Of a stretch of DNA of 20,000 nt, positions 15,626 through 20,000 are shown piece by piece. The position numbers and the translations under genes were made by a program. Source of the stretch: an uncultured virus (IMG/VR IMGVR_UViG_2061766007_000671) (lineage: Duplodnaviria > Heunggongvirae > Uroviricota > Caudoviricetes); IMG/VR virus record IMGVR_UViG_2061766007_000671, one strand, 5' to 3'. The notes beneath the pieces are model-generated. The model was given only the letters and a program-made list of their open reading frames with translations. It was not told where the DNA came from and did not search any database. How positions within the stretch are numbered: the stretch's first letter is position 1; every line of letters starts with the position of its first letter.

Positions 15626-15978
15626 GCCTCCTTGCCCATGTGTTTGTGGATCTCGTCCATGTTGAAGCGGTACTCCGGGTAGGCGCACCACCCGCTGAAT
15701 CCGAATATCCCGGTCGGCTCGGCGAGGCCGTTCTCCTCTAACCAGTCGGGCAGGAACGGAGCATCGTTGGTGTCCACGAATCCGCAGTTCTCCCCGGNNN
15801 NNNNNNNNNNNNNNNNNNNNNNNNNNNNNNNNNNNNNNNNNNNNNNNNCGAAGTCCTCATCCTCGGCCAACAGGCCAAGGTATAGACGGTTCTGTCGCTT
15901 GAAAACGTACTTGCTTTCGGTGATTTCGGCGGGGAGCACCTCGCCAGTCCACGGGCATTTTACATTAAGCATTTGCAT
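15622..15978 (-). CDS. DUF4313-like protein (N gap inside)
   Basis: GFVDTNDAPFLPDWLEENGLAEPTG..GFSGWCAYPEYRF resembles the DUF4313 consensus (FVDTNN.P...L..NGLA.PTG....SGF..YP.Y.F). Confidence 0.7.
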   Translation of the reverse strand: MQMLNVKCPWTGEVLPAEITESKYVFKRQNRLYLGLLAEDEDFXXXXXXXXXXXXXXXXXXGENCGFVDTNDAPFLPDWLEENGLAEPTGIFGFSGWCAYPEYRFNMDEIHKHMGKEA

Positions 15979-16264
15979 CATCCTCCTCAAAAACTTTGTC
16001 CAGTCTGTTATGCACAGCCTCGCTCCAAGTGAGCACTTTGCTCACCACATCCTCGTAGGAATCCCGGAACGGATACCTTACGTTCAGCGCATCATCAACG
16101 GCCTCGTACAGAGTTTCGTCGTAGTAGTGGCACTGAATCTCGTCCCACAGATACTCAAGGGACAGCATCCTCGTGCTGATTTCGTCGAGCAATTCGTTCG
16201 CCCGTGTGGCAAGCTTCAACGCCTCGGCCTTGCGGTTCTTGCTGATGTCGATTTCTACCATCAT
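15965..16264 (-). CDS. Acidic hypothetical protein (99 aa)
   Basis: GAGGAGG RBS; first gene after motif copy P3. Confidence 0.7.
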   Translation of the reverse strand: MMVEIDISKNRKAEALKLATRANELLDEISTRMLSLEYLWDEIQCHYYDETLYEAVDDALNVRYPFRDSYEDVVSKVLTWSEAVHNRLDKVFEEDDANA

Positions 16265-16280
16265 GTGAGCCTCCTCTCAC

Positions 16281-16342
16281 CCCATAGGGAACGGCAGAGT
16301 GCATTTGACACACCCTGCCGTTCGTCATTTTGCACAAACTTT
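16281..16342 (-). promoter_or_regulatory. Repeated promoter-like motif P3 (class A) inside a long inverted repeat
   Basis: GTGTCAAA-N12-TTCCCTATGGG, upstream TTTGTGCAAAATGAC; arms GAACGGCAG...CTGCCGTTC. Confidence 0.65.
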
Positions 16343-16963
16343 TTATTCGTCCATCCAGTACGTCCACCGGGTCAGCTTGGACAGCCCGTACCGCTTCAGA
16401 TACGCGCGGCACTTCTTCAGATGGGAGGCCGCGACACGTTCGTATGCATCTCGGAGCAGTGCCACGTCCTCGTCCGTGCAGACGTACCCCTTTGTACGCC
16501 CTCTGAAGATAAGTTCCTGCCCCTTCAGAGCAGGGAGATACGCCTCGCCGCCGACAGCATCCAGTACGTCGGTTATCCGCATGATGTTCAGTCCCCGTAG
16601 CTGTCGCGTGTTTCCGCACAGCACTGCCATGCACGTCAGTCCGTGCATACTCAGATTCTGAAGCACGTTTTCGTACTCCTTCATGTTCTCCCGGATGAAA
16701 TGCGCCTCGTTCTTCCCGGCGTTGTGGCACTCGCGGCTTGCCTCCTCATAGGTCGGGCCAAAGCCCATGTCACTGTACCCGAAGCAAAAGCGGGTGCAGA
16801 CCCGCTTCTTTTCGATTCCCACCATGAGACCGTTGGACAGCTTCACCACCTCGGCACACTGCTTCACGCAGTAGTCCGCCAAGTCTTCGCCGTATCCCTC
16901 CTCGATGTGAGCGACGCGATACTCTTCCATCAGCGCCGCATCTTTGCAGTTCTTCTTGGGCAT
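16343..16963 (-). CDS. Hypothetical protein (~206 aa, ends YGLSKLTRWTYWMDE)
   Basis: AAGGAG RBS before ATG 16963; first gene after P4. Confidence 0.75.
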   Translation of the reverse strand: MPKKNCKDAALMEEYRVAHIEEGYGEDLADYCVKQCAEVVKLSNGLMVGIEKKRVCTRFCFGYSDMGFGPTYEEASRECHNAGKNEAHFIRENMKEYENVLQNLSMHGLTCMAVLCGNTRQLRGLNIMRITDVLDAVGGEAYLPALKGQELIFRGRTKGYVCTDEDVALLRDAYERVAASHLKKCRAYLKRYGLSKLTRWTYWMDE

Positions 16964-17004
16964 GTCTCTGCTCCTTTCATTTCGTTGTGGCCTCGCGGCC
17001 TCCA

Positions 17005-17068
17005 CATATAGGGGAATTGCTTCCCGTGTTTGCGTCATCATTTGCGGTTACAAATGTTTACAGTTTTC
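17005..17068 (-). promoter_or_regulatory. Repeated promoter-like motif P4 (class B)
   Basis: GACGCAAA-N12-TTCCCCTATATG with upstream CTGTAAACATTTGTAACC. Confidence 0.65.
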
Positions 17069-17455
17069 AGTGCATCGTAAACGCCATGTCCCGCAGGATG
17101 TTCTTGCCGATGCTCATGTCCCTGTTTGCGTCCGTGTAGCGCTCGTCCGGGCGGAAGTATACGGACTCCTCACCTTTCTCAAGGCAGATGTCCCCGTAGA
17201 TGTCTTTGGATACCCACCTGTCAAAGGACAGAGAATCGTACCCGTCCCCGTATACAGACTCGCAGATTTCAAACTGGTAGTGACTGACCTTTTCCCAGTT
17301 CTTCCCGGCGTTGATGGCAAGNNNNNNNNNNNNNNNNNGTCCGATACGCATGTATCCTTACTGAAATCCGTGCGCACCTCATAGGTGCTCGTGTGCTTCT
17401 CTCCCTTCGCGTAGCGCTCCAGCACAAGCTCGGCAGAGATTACTTTCTTCTCCAT
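17067..17455 (-). CDS. Hypothetical protein (~129 aa; joined across a 17-N gap)
   Basis: AAGGAG RBS, MEKKVISAEL...; frame changes only across the gap. Confidence 0.6.
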
Positions 17456-17478
17456 GTGAAATGCTCCTTTCCAGATCT

Positions 17479-17871
17479 TCAGCCGACGATGCGGCAGTTC
17501 CACTCGCTCGTGCGCCGCCCATCCTCAAACTCGGCGTATGTATTCTTCACTCGCCCGTAGCAGTCGCGCCAGTCGTACACGCGCCGCACCTTGGCGATAG
17601 TCCCGTGCGGAATCTTGCGGCCCTTGACCACCTCCACCACGTCCCCGGCCTTGAGAAATCCAAGGTGCTGACTGTTGCACCATTTTCTGTAGTGCTCCTT
17701 CGCCTCCATGTCGATGGGGGTGTAGTAAAGCTCGTCGTTGTCGTTTCGACCGTCTTCGTAGTCGTAGTCGCGGACGCACTCGGTCTTTGTCTCATGCGTG
17801 ACCGGGTTGTACAGCAGAGCGACCACATATGTGCCGCCCGCCTCGCCCACCTTGTAGAACCTGTCCTCCAT
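17479..17871 (-). CDS. Hypothetical protein with C-terminal KOW/SH3-like motif (130 aa)
   Basis: GDVVEVVKGRKIPHGTIAKV. Confidence 0.7.
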   Translation of the reverse strand: MEDRFYKVGEAGGTYVVALLYNPVTHETKTECVRDYDYEDGRNDNDELYYTPIDMEAKEHYRKWCNSQHLGFLKAGDVVEVVKGRKIPHGTIAKVRRVYDWRDCYGRVKNTYAEFEDGRRTSEWNCRIVG

Positions 17872-17889
17872 TTCTGTGCAGTTCTCCTT

Positions 17890-18105
17890 TCACTTTCGGG
17901 GCACGTCGGCCTCGGTGTTGTACGGCATGCTCACGAACGCAGGGCGAATCATATCCCACGCGCCTTGGTAGGAGCGGCCCGGAATCTTGTCCCAGATGGG
18001 AGTCGCCGTCTTGCAGTTCTTCAGCACTTGCCCGGCCTTCTCGTGCCCGCGCATAAGCTTGGACATCTCGGCCTGTGCCAGTTTGCGGTAGCGTTTTGCT
18101 GTCAT
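17890..18105 (-). CDS. Basic hypothetical protein (~71 aa)
   Basis: AAGGAG RBS before ATG 18105. Confidence 0.6.
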   Translation of the reverse strand: MTAKRYRKLAQAEMSKLMRGHEKAGQVLKNCKTATPIWDKIPGRSYQGAWDMIRPAFVSMPYNTEADVPRK

Positions 18106-18342
18106 GGTAGATGCTCCTTCGATATGTAAATTTTGCGGGCGGGCAGTTCCGTTGCGCGGGGGCTTGTCGTGCGGTAAACCATTCNNNNNNNNNNNNNNNN
18201 NNNNNNNNNNNNNNNNNNNNNNNNNNNNNNNNNNNNNNNNNNNNNNNNNNNNNNNNNNNNNNNNNNNNNNNNNNNNNNNNNNNNNNNNNNNNNNNNNNNN
18301 NNNNNNNNNNNNNNNNNNNNNNNNNNNNNNNCCTGTCTCCCC

Positions 18343-18412
18343 ATCCCATAGGGAATTTCTATGGGATTTTGTTCCGCCTCCTTTCCCGTCAATTTGCACA
18401 AAATTTTTGCAG
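18343..18412 (-). promoter_or_regulatory. Repeated promoter-like motif P5 (class A)
   Basis: GGAACAAA-N12-TTCCCTATGGG, upstream TTTGTGCAAATTGAC; inverted repeat ATCCCATAG...CTATGGGAT. Confidence 0.6.
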
Positions 18413-18416
18413 TGCC

Positions 18417-18575
18417 TCACGCCACCGCGACGATTCCCCACTCCTCCCCCGGGTACAGCCGCCGCGCCTCGGACAGGGCGACCTGTGCCGTCAGCATGTC
18501 GCGCGTCCCGCGCCCGAATGAATATGGTTTCCCGATGATGCGGACGTAGTACGTCACGCCCTTGCAGAGCTTCAT
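18417..18575 (-). CDS. Small hypothetical protein (52 aa, MKLCKGVTYYVRII...)
   Basis: Manually read ORF with AAGGAG RBS. Confidence 0.55.
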   Translation of the reverse strand: MKLCKGVTYYVRIIGKPYSFGRGTRDMLTAQVALSEARRLYPGEEWGIVAVA

Positions 18576-18587
18576 GCAGTTCTCCTT

Positions 18588-18785
18588 TCAGTTGAAAAAG
18601 TACACCGTGTACGGCATGGGTTTGCTGTTCTCGATGCGGGATTGATACGGCATGCCGTCCACCCGCGCCTCCGCCGGGTCAAAGTACCGCTTCAGATACC
18701 TCCCGTACTCGCGACAGCGCCGATGCGGACTGCTCAGATACTCATCCATAAGCCGCATGTATCTGTCGCGCTCATCGCGCGTCAT
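18588..18785 (-). CDS. Basic hypothetical protein (65 aa)
   Basis: GGAGGAGG RBS. Confidence 0.6.
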   Translation of the reverse strand: MTRDERDRYMRLMDEYLSSPHRRCREYGRYLKRYFDPAEARVDGMPYQSRIENSKPMPYTVYFFN

Positions 18786-18808
18786 GTGCGCCTCCTCCTT
18801 CCAGTTTT

Positions 18809-18931
18809 TCAGAGTCGATTGCTGTCAATCCATTCCGCGCGGCGGAGAATGTTCCGCCACTCGNNNNNNNNNNNNNNNNNNNGCAGGTAATTCCGATACC
18901 ACCTCCAGTCGGTCGCGCTCCAGTGCTTCAT
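18809..18931 (-). CDS. Small Trp/Arg-rich protein (~40 aa, MKHWSATDWRWYRNYL...; N gap inside)
   Basis: AAGGAGG RBS directly after P6. Confidence 0.5.
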   Translation of the reverse strand: MKHWSATDWRWYRNYLXXXXXXXEWRNILRRAEWIDSNRL

Positions 18932-18947
18932 GCTGTCGCCTCCTTCC

Positions 18948-19011
18948 GCATATAGGGGAATTTCGCCCCAGTTTTGCGTCAAAAAATCGGTTACAAATTC
19001 CTACAGATTTC
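18948..19011 (-). promoter_or_regulatory. Repeated promoter-like motif P6 (class B)
   Basis: GACGCAAA-N12-TTCCCCTATATG with upstream CTGTAGGAATTTGTAACC. Confidence 0.65.
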
Positions 19012-19027
19012 CGGGCAATGATACCCA

Positions 19028-19219
19028 TCAAAACCGTCCGCCCGCGCGGACGGCTTTAGTTGATACCATTACGCAAGGGCGACGNNNNNNNNNNNNNNNN
19101 NNNNNNNNNNNNNNNNNNNNNNNNNNNNNNNNNNNNGCGGCTTTGCGCGTCCGCCCCCACTCTGTGCGCGTGAATTTCTCGCCGTTTTTCAGCGTGACAT
19201 AGATCGTGTGAATACTCAT
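19028..19219 (-). CDS. Small hypothetical protein (MSIHTIYVTLKNGEKF...; N gap inside, end uncertain)
   Basis: GGAGG RBS before ATG 19219. Confidence 0.5.
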   Translation of the reverse strand: MSIHTIYVTLKNGEKFTRTEWGRTRKAXXXXXXXXXXXXXXXXXXRRPCVMVSTKAVRAGGRF

Positions 19220-19443
19220 AGGTAAATCCTCCATTTCTGTGCAGTTCTTCATCCGTAGATGCGGGCCATGCGCTTTTCAAAGCGCGTGACGGCGGCNNNN
19301 NNNNNNNNNNNNNNNNNNNNNNNNNNNNNNNNNNNNNNNNNNNNNNNNNNNNNNNNNNNNNNNNNNNNNNNNNNNNNNNNNNNNNNNNNNNNNNACAGAC
19401 GTGCTCATTCTTCCCATGATGTGCGCCGCGCCTGTACAGATTT

Positions 19444-20000
19444 TCAGTGTTCTTTGCAGTAGACGGTCTCGCCTACCACGCAACCTTTGTGCAGATTTTT
19501 GCACACGTCGCAGTTGCCGGGGCAGTAGAACCCGGCGGGCGGGGTCTNNNNNNNNNNNNNNNNNNNNNNNNNNNNNNNNNNNNNNNNNNNNNNNNNATTC
19601 CGCGCCACTCGGAAAACATGACGGTGAAGTTTTCCGGGAGCGGCCCGTTCTCGGAAATCCAGTCGTTCACGATGCCGTACATTTTCGTGTACGTCCAAAT
19701 CGTGAAGTCGGGATGCCGCCGCGCGATTTTCACCATGCGGTCGAAATAGTCCGCATCGACGATGTCCCCGGCGACGTGCCAGCGGAAAAACNNNNNNNNN
19801 NNNNNNTCCGGGAGAAAAAGCCTTCCCGGTCTTTTTTGAGGACGGTCAAGTTGCGCATCCGCGCGTCAATCACCGTCCCGGGATACTGGGCGCAAGCTTT
19901 GATGTCGTAGCATATCCACTTGCATTCCTTGCAGTTGCCGCAGGAAAGTACGGGCATAAGTGAGACGTTCATCACGCGCCCGATTTTTCGATTCCCGCCG
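19444..20000 (-). CDS. Gp88-like Cys-rich phage protein, 5'-truncated by the window, two N gaps
   Basis: Stitched across gaps: GNRKIG..SL.PV.SC..C..C...CY, FRWHVAGD, WTYTK, LPENF, CPGNC..C; matches the Gp88 family pattern (N.K.G / CY / FRWHxxGD / W.YT). Confidence 0.7.

Noticed and set aside
8611..19011. Possible CRISPR array or integron-like attC cassette system
   Set aside because: Repeats are short, degenerate and kilobases apart with several genes between them. There is no regular repeat-spacer period, no cas gene and no attC R-box pattern.
7141..19806. Apparent frameshifts and long X-containing ORFs at N runs
   Set aside because: These are assembly or masking gaps of uncertain length; frame changes across them are not evidence of pseudogenes or recoding.

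Overview
Phage/prophage-like (or large mobile element) accessory region, probably from a Bacillota (Clostridia-like) host given the strong AGGAGG RBSs and family content. It holds about 45 short, tightly packed, often translationally coupled ORFs, all on the minus strand, and has many N gaps (mostly >15.8 kb, plus two large ones at 7.1-7.6 and 10.5-10.9 kb). Recognisable genes are two ASCH-domain proteins, an intact tyrosine recombinase, an excisionase-like HTH, a catalytically intact TnpB with its downstream omegaRNA, a DUF4313-like protein and a partial Gp88-like protein. Most interesting signals: (1) The TnpB looks domesticated. It has no tnpA and is GTGA-coupled into the operon. Its right-end hairpin appears reduced to TCC-GAAA-GGA while the pseudoknot looks retained, and the predicted guide CGCTGAATTTGTGTGTAGTT partly matches a site just upstream of tnpB. 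(2) Six intergenic copies of a non-sigma70 bipartite motif (GNNNCAAA-N12-TTCCC(C)TAT) occur with two alternating classes of upstream box. (3) The xis-like gene appears to need a -1 frameshift at A_AAA_AAG. (4) A self-contained moron-like gene has its own near-consensus sigmaA promoter inside a palindrome and its own terminator. All family assignments come from motif recognition by eye, not database searches.
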